DNA of 64,000 nt from NCBI GenBank assembly GCA_902477075.1, contig CABSFU010000006.1, positions 757-64,756 of the forward strand. Direction: 5' to 3'. A program made the translations under genes and the position numbers. Source of the stretch: an uncultured Bacillales bacterium (GTDB taxonomy: Bacteria > Bacillota_I > Bacilli_A > RF39 > UBA660). Under the pieces are notes generated by a model. It saw only the letters and a list, made by a program, of their open reading frames with translations. It was not told the DNA's origin and ran no database searches. Below, in pieces: positions 39,256 through 50,095 of the stretch (its first letter is position 1; each line of letters opens with the position of its first letter).

Positions 39256-42200
39256 TATTCCTCATCCCCTTCCATATCAAATTCATCCATATCTTCATCA
39301 AAATCCTCATCGAAATCCGGTTCTTCTTCTACTTCTTCCTCTGGTTCTTCTTCGGAAGGAGCATCAGCCATAGCTTCTAACTCTTCTGGTTCTAATGTTA
39401 AGAAGCCTTCATTTTCCGTTTCTTCTAAGTCTTTCATATCAACAAAATTACCTTCACCATCTAAAACTGTCATATCAAGTCCTAGTGCTTGGAATTCTTT
39501 CATTAATACTCTAAAGCTTTCTGGAATTCCAGATGCTGGAATTGGTGTTCCTTTTACTAAAGCTTCATAAACTTTAACACGACCAACAACATCATCTGAT
39601 TTAATTGTAATCATTTCTTGAAGAACATGAGCAGCACCATATGCTTCTAGTGCCCAAACTTCCATTTCTCCAAATCTTTGACCACCGAATTGAGCTTTAC
39701 CACCTAATGGTTGTTGTGTTACTAAAGAGTAAGGACCTGTTGATCTAGCATGTAATTTATCATCAACCATGTGGTTTAACTTAATCATATACATAATACC
39801 AACAGAAATTCTATTATCAAATGGTTCACCTGTTCTACCATCATATAAAACAGCTTTACCATCTTCATCTAAGCCTGCTTCTTTTAAAGCGTCTATAATT
39901 TCTTCTCTTGTTGCACCATCAAATACTGGAGTTGCTACATAAATGCCTAACTCTTTTGCTGCCATACCTAAATGCATTTCAAGAATTTGTCCTAAATTCA
40001 TACGAGATGGAACACCTAGTGGATTTAATAAAATATCTACTGGTTGACCATTTGGTAAGTATGGCATATCTTCTTCTGGTAAAACAAGGGAAACAACACC
40101 TTTGTTACCATGACGTCCTGCCATTTTATCCCCAACTGTAATTTTTCTTTTTTGAGCTATATAAACTCTAATAATTTTAGATACGCCAGCTGGAAGTTCA
40201 TCTGAGTCTTCTTTTGTAAAGATTTTTACATCATGAACAATACCAGCGCCACCATTTGGTACACGAAGGGAAGTATCTCTAACCTCTCTCGTTTTTTCTC
40301 CAAAGATTGCATGTAATAATTTTTCTTCTGAAGTAAGTTCAGCCATACCTTTTGGTGTAACTTTACCTACTAAGATATCATTGTAGTTTACTTCTGTACC
40401 AATACGAACAATACCATTTTCATCTAGGTTTTTACGAGCTTCTTCACTAATATTTGGAATATCTCTTGTAAATTCTTCTGGTCCTAGTTTTGTATCCCTA
40501 CATTCAATTTGATAATCTTCAATATGAATAGAAGTAAATACATCATCTTTTACTAATCTTTCATTTAAAATAACAGCATCCTCATAGTTATAACCATTGA
40601 AGTTCATGAAAGCAACGGTAACATTTTTACCTAATGCCATTTCACCACCTTCTGTAGAAGGTCCATCAGCAATAATCATATCTTTTGTAACAGTTTCTCC
40701 AAGTTTTACAATTGGAACTTGGTGATAACAAGTACCAGCATTGCTTCTTTCAAAACCGTTTAAATAATATGTATCCATACCACCTAATGTTTTTACAACA
40801 ATTTTTTTTGAATCAACATAGTCAACTACACCATCTGCTTTTGCAATCACTACTGCTCCACTATCTCTAGCAGCAATCGCTTCTACACCAGTACCAATAA
40901 GTGGTGCTTCTGCTTTTAATAATGGAATTGCTTGACGTTGCATGTTTGCACCCATTAGAGCTCTTTTCGCATCATCATGTTCAAGGAATGGAATACCTTG
41001 TGTTGCAATGGATACTACTTGTTGTGGAGAAACATCGGCATAATCTACTTTATCGGATTCAATCATAATGTTTTCACCACGATAACGAACGGGAACTCTT
41101 TCATCTAAAATTCTATTTTCGCTATCTACTTTAATAGCTGCTTGTGAAATATAATAATCTAATTCTTCATCTGCTGTCATATAAACAACTTCATCTGTTA
41201 ATTTTCTATCTACTACTTTTCGATATGGAGTCATAATAAATCCATATTCATTAACACGAGCATAACTTGCTAAAGAAGTAATTAATCCAATGTTTGGTCC
41301 TTCTGGAGATTCAATTGGACAAAGTCTTCCATAGTGAGATGGGTTAACATCACGTACTTCCATACCTGCTCTATCCCTAGATAAGCCACCAGGTCCTAAA
41401 GAAGAAAGTCTTCTTTTATTTGTAAGTTCTGCTACTGGGTTTACTTGATCCATGAATTGAGATAGCTGGCTGCTTCCAAAGAATTCTTTGATTGCTGCTG
41501 TAAGTGGTCGAATATTAATTAGAGATTTTGGTGTTACTTCTGTAATTTCTTGTGTACTCATTCTATCTCTTATTACTCTTTCAATTCTAGAAATACCAAC
41601 TCTGAATTGATTTTGTAATAATTCACCAACTTGACGAACACGTCTATTTGATAAGTGATCAATTTCATCAAAAGATCCAATTCCTTCTAACAAGTTTAAG
41701 TAATAAGATACAGATGCATAAATATCAGAGATAGTTAATCTTTTAATATCGATTGTAGCATCATTACCTATTACATTAATGATTTTTTCAGGATGTTTAT
41801 TTGAGTAAACTTTAATCATTTGAACTTTATTATAAGTATCTAAATCTTGATTAATTTGAACTTCTTTTACACCATATCCTGCTTGTAAGATTGGTTTTAG
41901 TTCACTTAAAACTTCTTTTGTAATAATACTGTCTTTTTCAACAATTACTTTTCCATCTACTTTAATAGTTTCAGCTATCTTAGCACCTAAAAGACGATCT
42001 ACCACATTTAACTTACGATTAAATTTATAACGTCCTACGCGGGCTAAATCATAACGGAATACATCAAAGAAACGAGTCACTAATTGATTTTTGGCACTAT
42101 CTAATGTAGATGGTTCACCTGGTCTTAATTTTGAGTGAATATCAATTAAAGACTCATCTGTATTTTTATTAGAATCTTTGACAATTGTTTTTTCTAAATA

Positions 42201-42845
42201 TTCATTTTCTCCAAATAAAGAATATATATCTTCATCACTAGATAATCCAATTGCTCTAAGTAAAGTTGTAATAGGAACTTTTCTTGTTCGATCAATTCTT
42301 ACATAAACAACGTCTCTAGCATCTAATTCATACTCTAACCATGTACCACGGTTTGGTATAATTTGGCTGGTAATAACAGTACGACCATTTTTATCAATTT
42401 CTTTACCAAAATAAACAGATGGAGAACGAACTAATTGAGATACAATAACTCTTTCAGCACCATTAATAACAAAAGTACCTGACTCTGTCATAACTGGCAT
42501 ATCGCCTAAATAGATTTCTTGTTCTTTTACTTCTCCTGTTTCATGATTGAAAAGTCTAGTTTCTACCTTTAAAGGAGCTGCATATGTTGCATATCTTTCT
42601 TTACATCCTTTAATAGAATATCTTGGTTGTTCAAATGAATATTCACCAAATTCAAGCGCTAAATTACCAGTAAAACTTTCCACTGGTGATATATCTTCAA
42701 ACACTTCTTTGATTCCTTCTTCAATAAACCAATTGTAAGATTTTTTTTGAATTTCTAGCAAATTGTTTAATTCAATTGCATTTTTTGTTTTTCCATAATT
42801 TCTTCTAACTCTATGGTTACTAATTTTTTGTTCTGTATAAGACAC
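39255..42845 (-). CDS. rpoB: DNA-directed RNA polymerase subunit beta, with acidic C-terminal tail
   Basis: The track ORF starts at a TTG at 42875. A GTG at 42845 follows an AGGGGTG RBS and gives an N-terminus collinear with Bacillus RpoB. The stop overlaps the rpoC ATG (TAATG). The last 40 or so residues are almost entirely D/E. Confidence 0.97.
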   Translation of the reverse strand: MSYTEQKISNHRVRRNYGKTKNAIELNNLLEIQKKSYNWFIEEGIKEVFEDISPVESFTGNLALEFGEYSFEQPRYSIKGCKERYATYAAPLKVETRLFNHETGEVKEQEIYLGDMPVMTESGTFVINGAERVIVSQLVRSPSVYFGKEIDKNGRTVITSQIIPNRGTWLEYELDARDVVYVRIDRTRKVPITTLLRAIGLSSDEDIYSLFGENEYLEKTIVKDSNKNTDESLIDIHSKLRPGEPSTLDSAKNQLVTRFFDVFRYDLARVGRYKFNRKLNVVDRLLGAKIAETIKVDGKVIVEKDSIITKEVLSELKPILQAGYGVKEVQINQDLDTYNKVQMIKVYSNKHPEKIINVIGNDATIDIKRLTISDIYASVSYYLNLLEGIGSFDEIDHLSNRRVRQVGELLQNQFRVGISRIERVIRDRMSTQEITEVTPKSLINIRPLTAAIKEFFGSSQLSQFMDQVNPVAELTNKRRLSSLGPGGLSRDRAGMEVRDVNPSHYGRLCPIESPEGPNIGLITSLASYARVNEYGFIMTPYRKVVDRKLTDEVVYMTADEELDYYISQAAIKVDSENRILDERVPVRYRGENIMIESDKVDYADVSPQQVVSIATQGIPFLEHDDAKRALMGANMQRQAIPLLKAEAPLIGTGVEAIAARDSGAVVIAKADGVVDYVDSKKIVVKTLGGMDTYYLNGFERSNAGTCYHQVPIVKLGETVTKDMIIADGPSTEGGEMALGKNVTVAFMNFNGYNYEDAVILNERLVKDDVFTSIHIEDYQIECRDTKLGPEEFTRDIPNISEEARKNLDENGIVRIGTEVNYNDILVGKVTPKGMAELTSEEKLLHAIFGEKTREVRDTSLRVPNGGAGIVHDVKIFTKEDSDELPAGVSKIIRVYIAQKRKITVGDKMAGRHGNKGVVSLVLPEEDMPYLPNGQPVDILLNPLGVPSRMNLGQILEMHLGMAAKELGIYVATPVFDGATREEIIDALKEAGLDEDGKAVLYDGRTGEPFDNRISVGIMYMIKLNHMVDDKLHARSTGPYSLVTQQPLGGKAQFGGQRFGEMEVWALEAYGAAHVLQEMITIKSDDVVGRVKVYEALVKGTPIPASGIPESFRVLMKEFQALGLDMTVLDGEGNFVDMKDLEETENEGFLTLEPEELEAMADAPSEEEPEEEVEEEPDFDEDFDEDMDEFDMEGDEE

Positions 42846-42981
42846 TTTTTCACCCCTATAACCTATATTTTTCAAAAGAACATAACTCGATTTAAAGTAT
42901 ATGCGTCAATAATTAATTTTATCAAATCAGTCAACTATTGTCAATGTTTTCCAATGTTCTTTTGGTTACTTTTGTCTGTGA

Positions 42982-43569
42982 TTATACATAAGTTGCTTCG
43001 ATAATGTAAAAACCTTTATTTTTACCTAATAAATGTACCTGATATTGTTTTTCTAAATCTTTGATAAGTGATTTTGCACCTTGATTTTTATTTACTACAA
43101 TAATTAAGTTTCCACCTTTTTTTAAATGATTTTTTGCTTCAAATAAAATCTTATATAAAATTTCTTTTCCTACACGAATGGGTGGATTAGATATAATTGT
43201 ATCAAATGTTTCCTTCACATTCTCATATAAATTACTTTCGTATATTTGAACATTCACATGATTCAGATTAACATTCTTTCTTGCCAATTCCAAGCTTCTT
43301 CTGTTTATATCAATCATATGAACCTTAGCATTTGTCATACTAGCAATGTAGATACCAATTGGTCCGTATCCGCATCCAAAATCTAGTACGTTTCCAGTAA
43401 TTTTGTTTACATCAATCATTTCTAATAAACTTCTTGTTCCAAAATCTAATCCTTTTTTAGAAAAAACGCCATTATCAGTTGCAAAAGTAAAATCATGATG
43501 ATTTATTTTTACTTTTTTTATTTCAATTTTACTTTTTAAATTTTCGTTATTATCAAAATATTGGTTCAT
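42982..43569 (-). CDS. class I SAM-dependent methyltransferase (RsmC/YbxB-like small-domain MTase)
   Basis: VLDFGCGYGPIG (motif I) and ISNPPIR (NPPY-like). Occupies the ybxB position between rplL and rpoB, as in Bacillus. Confidence 0.8.
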   Translation of the reverse strand: MNQYFDNNENLKSKIEIKKVKINHHDFTFATDNGVFSKKGLDFGTRSLLEMIDVNKITGNVLDFGCGYGPIGIYIASMTNAKVHMIDINRRSLELARKNVNLNHVNVQIYESNLYENVKETFDTIISNPPIRVGKEILYKILFEAKNHLKKGGNLIIVVNKNQGAKSLIKDLEKQYQVHLLGKNKGFYIIEATYV

Positions 43570-43653
43570 ATAGTCCTCCTAAATGACACCCTATTAATAA
43601 ACGGTGAAAGCCCATACTAATTTTTTAGTACAGGCCAACCCTATTTTGTTTAA

Positions 43654-44019
43654 TTATTTGAATTCAACTGTTGCGCCAGCTTCTTCAAATTTAGCTTTCA
43701 TTTCTTTTGCTTCATCAATAGATACGTTTTCTTTTACTACGCCACCATTGTCAGCGATAGCTTTTGATTCACCTAATCCAAGACCAGTGATTTCTTTGAT
43801 TAATTTGATAACTGCTAATTTGTTAGCACCAGCTGAAGCTAATACTACATTAACTGAGCTTGGTCCTTCTTCTTCAACAGCAGCTGGAGCAGCAGCTACA
43901 GCTACAGCACTTGGATCTACACCAAATTCTTCTTTCATTGCATCAACTAATTCTTTTACTTCAAGAATAGTCATTTCTTTTAATCCACTAATAAATTCAT
44001 CTTTTGTAAATTTTGCCAT
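43654..44019 (-). CDS. rplL: 50S ribosomal protein L7/L12
   Basis: 121 aa. Ala-rich hinge and C-terminal domain (KLAVIKLIKEITGLGLGESKA...GATVEFK). Confidence 0.97.
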   Translation of the reverse strand: MAKFTKDEFISGLKEMTILEVKELVDAMKEEFGVDPSAVAVAAAPAAVEEEGPSSVNVVLASAGANKLAVIKLIKEITGLGLGESKAIADNGGVVKENVSIDEAKEMKAKFEEAGATVEFK

Positions 44020-44037
44020 TTTATTTCCTCCCTTAAA

Positions 44038-44529
44038 TTATTTTTCTAAATCTTGACTATATAAGTCTAAACAAATTGATAAGTCGCGAACAACTCCCAT
44101 AAGTCCTCCAGCAAGCATTGTAAGTAATCCTTCTCTTGATGGAATAGAAGCAAGTTCTGCAAGTGTTTTTTGATCAGTGATAGCACCATCTACAACACCA
44201 ACTTTTAGTTCTAAAGCAGTGTGTTCTTTTGCAAAGTCACTAAGTACTTTAATTGGCGCTACTGCATCTTTACCAAAGGCAATCGCTTTAGGCCCATTTA
44301 AATGTTCATCAATATTGATATTTAAATTTTCTAATGCTCTTTTTGCCAATGTGTTTTTATAAATTTTGAAATCAGAGTCAGTTTCTCTTAGTTTTTTTCT
44401 AAGTTCATTTGTTTCACTAACAGTTAAACCGCGATATTCAAAAAATACAAATGATGATGCATCTTTCATTTTTGATGTAATTTCATCAACAATGTTCATT
44501 TTCTTTTCAATGATTTTTTGATTTGCCAC
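44038..44529 (-). CDS. rplJ: 50S ribosomal protein L10
   Basis: 163 aa, adjacent to rplL. Typical L10 N-terminus (..FFEYRGLTVSETNELRKKLRE). Confidence 0.95.
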   Translation of the reverse strand: MANQKIIEKKMNIVDEITSKMKDASSFVFFEYRGLTVSETNELRKKLRETDSDFKIYKNTLAKRALENLNINIDEHLNGPKAIAFGKDAVAPIKVLSDFAKEHTALELKVGVVDGAITDQKTLAELASIPSREGLLTMLAGGLMGVVRDLSICLDLYSQDLEK

Positions 44530-44689
44530 TTCTGCACCTTCCTTTCATTGATACCGAATAAAAAGCTCCCTCTAATACCTAGTGGGAGCCGAAAACTTTT
44601 TATATAAGTCCTCGGTAGGATGATTAAGCCTTAGCCCCTACTGTCTACGGTACATTCTTTCAAACACATTCATTATATCATAACATTAA
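44530..44689 (-). promoter_or_regulatory. probable L10 (rplJ) leader RNA
   Basis: 160-nt structured spacer between rplA and rplJ with GC-rich hairpins (GCTCCC...GGGAGC and CCGTAGACAGTAGGGG...CCTACCGAGG). The position matches the Bacillota L10 leader. Not folded formally. Confidence 0.4.
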
Positions 44690-45385
44690 TTAAAAGTCAA
44701 AGCTTGTTGGATCAATTTTAATTCCAGGACCCATTGTAGAAGAAACAGATATATTAAGAATATATTTTCCTTTTACAGTTGCTGGTTTTGATTTATTAAT
44801 TAATGAAACGAAACTATTTAAATTTTCAACTAATTTATCTGTATCAAATGATACTTTACCAATTAGTGCATGTACATTACCATAACTATCTGTACGATAT
44901 TCTACACGTCCTTTTTTAACTTCTTCAACTGCTTTTTTAGTATCCATTGTTACGGTTCCAGTTTTAGGATTTGGCATTAAACCTTTAGGTCCTAAAATTT
45001 TACCAATTCTACCTAATGCAGGCATCATATCTGGAGTTGCTATCATTGTATCGAAATCAAACCAATTTTCTTTTTCGATTTTTGTTAACATATCCATGTC
45101 ACCAACATAATCTGCTCCAGCCTCTTTCGCAGCTTCTGCTTGAGCACCTTTTGCAATTACTAAAACTTTTTTTGTTTTTCCAGTTCCATTTGGAAGTACT
45201 AAAGCACCTCTTAATTGTTGATCTGCTTTTTTAGTATCTAAGTTTAGATTCATAGCAACTTCAATGGAAGCGTCAAAACTAGTTGTTGATGTTTCTTTTG
45301 CTAATTGAACAGCTTCTTCTTTTGAATATAATTTTGATTTTTCAATTTTTTTAGAAGCTTCTAAATATTTCTTTCCTTTTTTCAT
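44690..45385 (-). CDS. rplA: 50S ribosomal protein L1
   Basis: 231 aa, typical L1 sequence (..[16 protein letters not shown]..). Confidence 0.97.
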   Translation of the reverse strand: MKKGKKYLEASKKIEKSKLYSKEEAVQLAKETSTTSFDASIEVAMNLNLDTKKADQQLRGALVLPNGTGKTKKVLVIAKGAQAEAAKEAGADYVGDMDMLTKIEKENWFDFDTMIATPDMMPALGRIGKILGPKGLMPNPKTGTVTMDTKKAVEEVKKGRVEYRTDSYGNVHALIGKVSFDTDKLVENLNSFVSLINKSKPATVKGKYILNISVSSTMGPGIKIDPTSFDF

Positions 45386-45450
45386 ATTTTAACCTCCTTA
45401 TGTGGTATAACGGATTTTTTTCCTTCCACATAGGTATAAACCTATATGTT

Positions 45451-45879
45451 TTAGTCTTCTACTTTAACACCCATGTTAGCTGCAGTTCCTTCAACAATTT
45501 TCATTGCTGCATCTACATCATAAGCGTTTAAATCTGGTAATTTAGTTTCTGCTATTTCTTTTAATTGAGCACGAGTTAGTGTTCCAACTACTTCGTTCTT
45601 TCCTTTTACAGAACCTTTTTTAATTCCAGCAGCTTTTTTAATTAATTCAGCTGTTGGTGATGTTTTTAAGATGAAATCAAATGTTCTATCTTCGTAAACA
45701 GTAATTACAACTGGTACGATATCTCCCATTTTATCTCTTGTTGCATCATTGTATTTTGTACAGAATTCTTGTAAATTGATTCCTGCAGGTCCTAAAACAG
45801 TTCCGACTGGTGGAGCTGGTGTTGCTTTTCCAGCAGGTACTTGTAATTTAATTACTTTTGTTATTTTTTTCTTTGCCAC
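45451..45879 (-). CDS. rplK: 50S ribosomal protein L11
   Basis: The GTG at 45879 follows a GGAGGTG RBS ([26 protein letters not shown]..). The track start at 45888 is less likely. Confidence 0.95.
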   Translation of the reverse strand: MAKKKITKVIKLQVPAGKATPAPPVGTVLGPAGINLQEFCTKYNDATRDKMGDIVPVVITVYEDRTFDFILKTSPTAELIKKAAGIKKGSVKGKNEVVGTLTRAQLKEIAETKLPDLNAYDVDAAMKIVEGTAANMGVKVED

Positions 45880-45984
45880 GAAAAACACCTCCTTATTTTT
45901 TTCGCGTGTGGTAAAAATTGCATAATCCGTTTTGCTCCCACTTATCTATATTAAAACAATATAGCTCTAATAATATAACATATT

Positions 45985-46452
45985 TTATTTTGTTTGTAAA
46001 CTATGTTCTTGTTTTTTTTCTAAATTTAATTGAATATAAATTTCTTCCTTTATTTCTTGTATTTCTACCCCATTTATTTCTTCTGTAGCTGAAAATAAAT
46101 AGTTTAACATTTTTTGTATTTCAAACAAATGATGATTTGTTTTTACTGTCTTACCTTTATAATTCTTTGGAAATATATAATACTTTTTGTTTTCTTTTTT
46201 ATATTCTTCTAAAATAGTAGCAAATAAATAATGAACATATTCTAATAAAAAGACAATGTCTTTGTTTTTCGCATAGCAGTCATCTTCTAAATAATATAAT
46301 TCAGCATTTTCTAATATTTTATTCATTTGTTCCTTGATAATTTGACCAATTAATGTACTTCCATCAGTTCCAAAATCTTTTTCAGAAAGTAAAATTTCAA
46401 TATTTTCAATATTATTATCTACTGTATGTACTAATAAACTTACATTTCCCAT
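45985..46452 (-). CDS. hypothetical protein, 155 aa, inserted between nusG and rplK
   Basis: Its ATG is 1 nt after the nusG stop. No TM segment and no family recognised. Confidence 0.6.
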   Translation of the reverse strand: MGNVSLLVHTVDNNIENIEILLSEKDFGTDGSTLIGQIIKEQMNKILENAELYYLEDDCYAKNKDIVFLLEYVHYLFATILEEYKKENKKYYIFPKNYKGKTVKTNHHLFEIQKMLNYLFSATEEINGVEIQEIKEEIYIQLNLEKKQEHSLQTK

Positions 46453-46453
46453 A

Positions 46454-46990
46454 TTAAGCTTTTTCTATTTCAGTTAAACCTAAATCAACAATTGTTTCTT
46501 GTCCAAATAAATCTAAAGCTACTTCCAAACGTTGTTGTTCCATGTCAATTGATTTTACAGTACCAAACATATTGGCAAATGGACCTGAAATTACTTTAAT
46601 AGAATCACCAACATTTAAATTATTTCCAATATCTAATCTACTCATTCCCATACTGCCTAATATTTTATCTACTTCTTGTGGTGTTAACGGGAATGGTTTC
46701 GCACCCTTACCAGATGAACCAATAAATCCAGTAACACCAGGTGTATTTCTGACAATAAACCAAGCTTCATCTGTCATAACCATTTCAACTAAAATATATC
46801 CAGGAAACATTTTCTTAGTTTTTTCTTTTTCTTTTCCATCTTTTGTAACTTCTATTTCTGTTTGTTCTGGAACTACTACCCTATAAATATAGTCTTCCAT
46901 ACCCATTGTACTAGCGCGCATTTCTAGTTTTTCTTTTACCTTATTCTCATGTCCAGAATAAGTATTAACTACATACCATTCTTTTTCCAT
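46454..46990 (-). CDS. nusG: transcription termination/antitermination factor NusG
   Basis: 178 aa. NGN domain (WYVVNTYSGHENKV) and KOW domain (GDSIKVISGPFANMFGTV). Confidence 0.97.
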   Translation of the reverse strand: MEKEWYVVNTYSGHENKVKEKLEMRASTMGMEDYIYRVVVPEQTEIEVTKDGKEKEKTKKMFPGYILVEMVMTDEAWFIVRNTPGVTGFIGSSGKGAKPFPLTPQEVDKILGSMGMSRLDIGNNLNVGDSIKVISGPFANMFGTVKSIDMEQQRLEVALDLFGQETIVDLGLTEIEKA

Positions 46991-47169
46991 TAATGAATCA
47001 CCGTCTTAATTGTTGATAAAACAACATCTAATAGTCCAAAAAATGCGCTGAAGACTACTACAACACAAACAGTTGCGATTGAATATTTTATCAATTCTTT
47101 TTTTTCTGGCCATCTAACTTTAGCCATTTCTTTTTTTACACTTACCAAAAATCTTGCTAATTTTTTCAT
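46990..47169 (-). CDS. secE: preprotein translocase subunit SecE (59 aa, below the track cutoff)
   Basis: The reverse complement reads MKKLARFLVSVKKEMAKVRWPEKKELIKYSIATVCVVVVFSAFFGLLDVVLSTIKTVIH*. The stop overlaps the nusG ATG (TAATG). Confidence 0.85.
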   Translation of the reverse strand: MKKLARFLVSVKKEMAKVRWPEKKELIKYSIATVCVVVVFSAFFGLLDVVLSTIKTVIH

Positions 47170-47367
47170 GTAACAGCTCCTTTTTCATTATATGATTTTT
47201 TTCAAAATAAAAACACCTTTTTGCGTGTCTAAATAAATAATAGCAGTTATTATTTGATTTGTCAATAAAAGTGTTTTAAAAGTGTTCTTTATTTTTCTAT
47301 TATTTTGTTTTGTTTCTTTAATCTAATTTGCGCCAGATCATTAAAGTGATTTTTTTATTATGTTTAA

Positions 47368-48375
47368 TTAAAATTTTTGACCATATATGGCTTTAATATA
47401 TGGATTATTATTACAAGACTTGTAATAAGTTACTATCTTCCCATTAAAAATTAAATATCCACATTGATCATAACCATTTGGTATAGAAGATAACCATAAA
47501 GTATAATTTTCTGTTAGATTTGGAAACAATAATGCATTTGACATAACACCTGTTTCACTATTTTTGTAAGAAACTATAATTTGATCATAATTAGCATAGC
47601 TATCAGACAAATTCCAAGATTCCTTGTCAGCCGGTAATTTACTAATATTTTTTAAAACAACTATTTTTTTGGATAATAATTTATTGTTGATGGCATCAAT
47701 ATTTTTTTGATTGGTGTTTACCAAACTAGATAAGTTTTCTACATTGGTATTTGTTTTATCTAACTCACTTTGTAAAGCATAGTTATTTAAATTATTTTGT
47801 AATTCTTCGATATTACTTTTCATGTTTGTGATTTCATTTGTATTATTTGTTATTTTAGTATCTAATTCTGTTACTTTTTCATCTACTAAGTTATTTACTT
47901 CATCTTTGGAATATACATTACTAACATTCCCTGTTCCATTATCTAACATTGCTACATATTTATTTGTTAAGGCATCAAAGCCTATGATACAATTTCCAGC
48001 TTTTCTTTCTCCTATGATAATTCCACTATTATAGTTTTTATATACATAATAATTATTATTTGAGATACATATACTTGTATTTCCTTCTTTATCTAAATAG
48101 AGCTTTCCTTCTCCATCTATGGTTCCTCTATAATCTAGACTTTCTCCTTTTTTTGTACTTCCTTGATGTTCCTTATCAAACAAGAATTCATAGACTCCAT
48201 CATTTTCTATCGCATACAAATTGGCAGATTCTACTAATCCCTCTACACTAGACGCTAGTGCTTTCTTTTTACTTTCTTCGATTACATTTGTTATCATTGG
48301 TACTGTAATTAAAGTAATCACGGATAATATTACGATCACTGCTAATAGCTCTATTAATGTAAATCCTTTTTTCAT
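47368..48375 (-). CDS. prepilin-type N-terminal cleavage/methylation domain protein with central coiled coil
   Basis: The ATG at 48375 gives MKKGFTLIELLAVIVILSVI. An Asn-rich coiled-coil segment is followed by a C-terminal globular part. Confidence 0.75.
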   Translation of the reverse strand: MKKGFTLIELLAVIVILSVITLITVPMITNVIEESKKKALASSVEGLVESANLYAIENDGVYEFLFDKEHQGSTKKGESLDYRGTIDGEGKLYLDKEGNTSICISNNNYYVYKNYNSGIIIGERKAGNCIIGFDALTNKYVAMLDNGTGNVSNVYSKDEVNNLVDEKVTELDTKITNNTNEITNMKSNIEELQNNLNNYALQSELDKTNTNVENLSSLVNTNQKNIDAINNKLLSKKIVVLKNISKLPADKESWNLSDSYANYDQIIVSYKNSETGVMSNALLFPNLTENYTLWLSSIPNGYDQCGYLIFNGKIVTYYKSCNNNPYIKAIYGQKF

Positions 48376-48728
48376 GTCCTTCATCCTTCCTTTTTATAGC
48401 AACAAAAAAGAAGAGGTATTTAAAATACCCCCCCCCGTTTGCATATAGCAAACGTCAAAAATTCACTATCAACTGTAAAATATTTATTTAACATCCCGTT
48501 TTTTCAAAATCGTAAACTTAATTTTGGAAACTATGAGGGAAAGTATATTTCACACTTGTAAATCTTCTCATTTGCCATTAACAAACTATATTACTATTTT
48601 TTATTTACACGTCTAATATATCAAATTTTTTCTACAAAATCAATAATAATTATTTTATTCATTAAAACTAACATAAACATTTTAAAAAAAGTATGTTAAA
48701 ATAAGAAATACGAAGGAAGTGAAAATTT

Positions 48729-49946
48729 ATGGAACCACTTGCAATTTCTCTTAGACCACAAACAATTGATGACGTAATAGGTCAAAAACATTTATTAGGA
48801 GAAGGAAAAGTTCTTCGAAATATGGTAAATCATGGAAAATTGTTTTCCATGATCCTATATGGCAAACCCGGAATTGGCAAAACTAGTATTGCAACAGCAA
48901 TTGTAAATACCCTTCACATCAAATATCGATTACTAAATGCCGTTATTAATAATAAAAAAGACTTTGATATTGTTGTAGAAGAAGCAAAATTATTTGGTGG
49001 TATGGTCGTTATTATGGATGAAATTCACCGTTTAAATAAAGATAAACAAGATTTATTATTGCCCTACTTAGAAAGTGGGCTAATTACTCTAATCGGAATG
49101 ACAACTTCTAATCCTTATCACAAAATTAATCCTGCCATAAGAAGTAGATGCCAAATTTTTGAATTAAAAGAATTAGAATTTGATGATATTTTAGATGGAC
49201 TACAAAAAGCAATTAAAACCCCTTATTTAAAAGATATTCAAATTGATGAAAAAGAACTAGAAGCAATTGCTAGAATGGCTAGCGGAGACTTAAGATATGC
49301 TTACAATTTACTTGAGGTTGCTTATTATTCTACATCTGATTATCACATTACAGAAGAAACTTTAAAAAACTTAAATGCAAAACCTATGTTCTTTCATGAT
49401 AAAAATGAAGATGGGCATTATGATGTTATTAGTGCCTTTCAGAAATCAATTCGTGGTAGTGATGTAAATGCCGCTTTACATTATGCTGCTAGATTAATAG
49501 AAGCTGAAGATTTAGATATTTTATATCGAAGAATGACTGTAATAGCTTATGAAGATATTGGACTTGCTAATCCTAGTATTGGTCCTAAAGTAGAAGCAGC
49601 TATTCAAGCAAGTGAACGTCTAGGATTACCTGAAGCTAGAATACCTTTAGGAGATATTATTATTGAAATGGCACTATCACCAAAATCTAATACAGGACAT
49701 TTGGCACTCGATGAAGCCATTAAAGATATTGAAGCCGGTTCCACTGGAAATGTTCCAGACCATATTAAAACAAATTCTCCTGACTATAAATACCCACATG
49801 ACTACCCAAATCATTTTGTAAAGCAACAATATATGCCTAATAATTTAATTGGAAGAAAATATTTTAAACCACAAGTAACGAGCAAATATGAAGAAAGTCT
49901 TAAAAATATTTATGAAAAACTAGAAAAAATGTTTGACAACGAATAA
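48729..49946 (+). CDS. rarA: replication-associated recombination protein A (AAA+ ATPase)
   Basis: Walker A GKPGIGKTS, Walker B VVIMDEIHR and a MgsA C-terminal domain (AFQKSIRGSDVNAALHY). Confidence 0.92.
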   Translation: MEPLAISLRPQTIDDVIGQKHLLGEGKVLRNMVNHGKLFSMILYGKPGIGKTSIATAIVNTLHIKYRLLNAVINNKKDFDIVVEEAKLFGGMVVIMDEIHRLNKDKQDLLLPYLESGLITLIGMTTSNPYHKINPAIRSRCQIFELKELEFDDILDGLQKAIKTPYLKDIQIDEKELEAIARMASGDLRYAYNLLEVAYYSTSDYHITEETLKNLNAKPMFFHDKNEDGHYDVISAFQKSIRGSDVNAALHYAARLIEAEDLDILYRRMTVIAYEDIGLANPSIGPKVEAAIQASERLGLPEARIPLGDIIIEMALSPKSNTGHLALDEAIKDIEAGSTGNVPDHIKTNSPDYKYPHDYPNHFVKQQYMPNNLIGRKYFKPQVTSKYEESLKNIYEKLEKMFDNE

Positions 49947-50064
49947 ATTATGTACTATAATAGCACTCGCTTTAAGAAAAAGCCAATCCATATTATTGAT
50001 ACAACCATTTTTAAATACCTTTCATTATTCTTACCTTTCTATTAAGTATCAATAATATAGTTAA

Positions 50065-50095
50065 AAGCCAAGTCAAAAAAGACTTGGTTTTTTTA
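50065..50095. terminator. bidirectional terminator between rarA and the Spo0A_C-repeat gene
   Basis: Stem GCCAAGTC / GACTTGG with an A6 loop, flanked by A- and T-runs. Confidence 0.6.

Noticed and set aside
39155-39380. Two overlapping plus-strand ORFs (72 and 73 aa) at the rpoB/rpoC junction
   Set aside because: They are mirror frames of the acidic RpoB tail and the RpoC N-terminus.
43604-44056. 150-aa plus-strand ORF
   Set aside because: It is antisense to rplL and the rplJ end. Its Ala/Ser-rich product mirrors the L7/L12 hinge, and it has no RBS.
47170-47367. rpmG (L33) expected upstream of secE
   Set aside because: No ORF resembling L33 appears in any frame of this spacer, so the gene must lie elsewhere.
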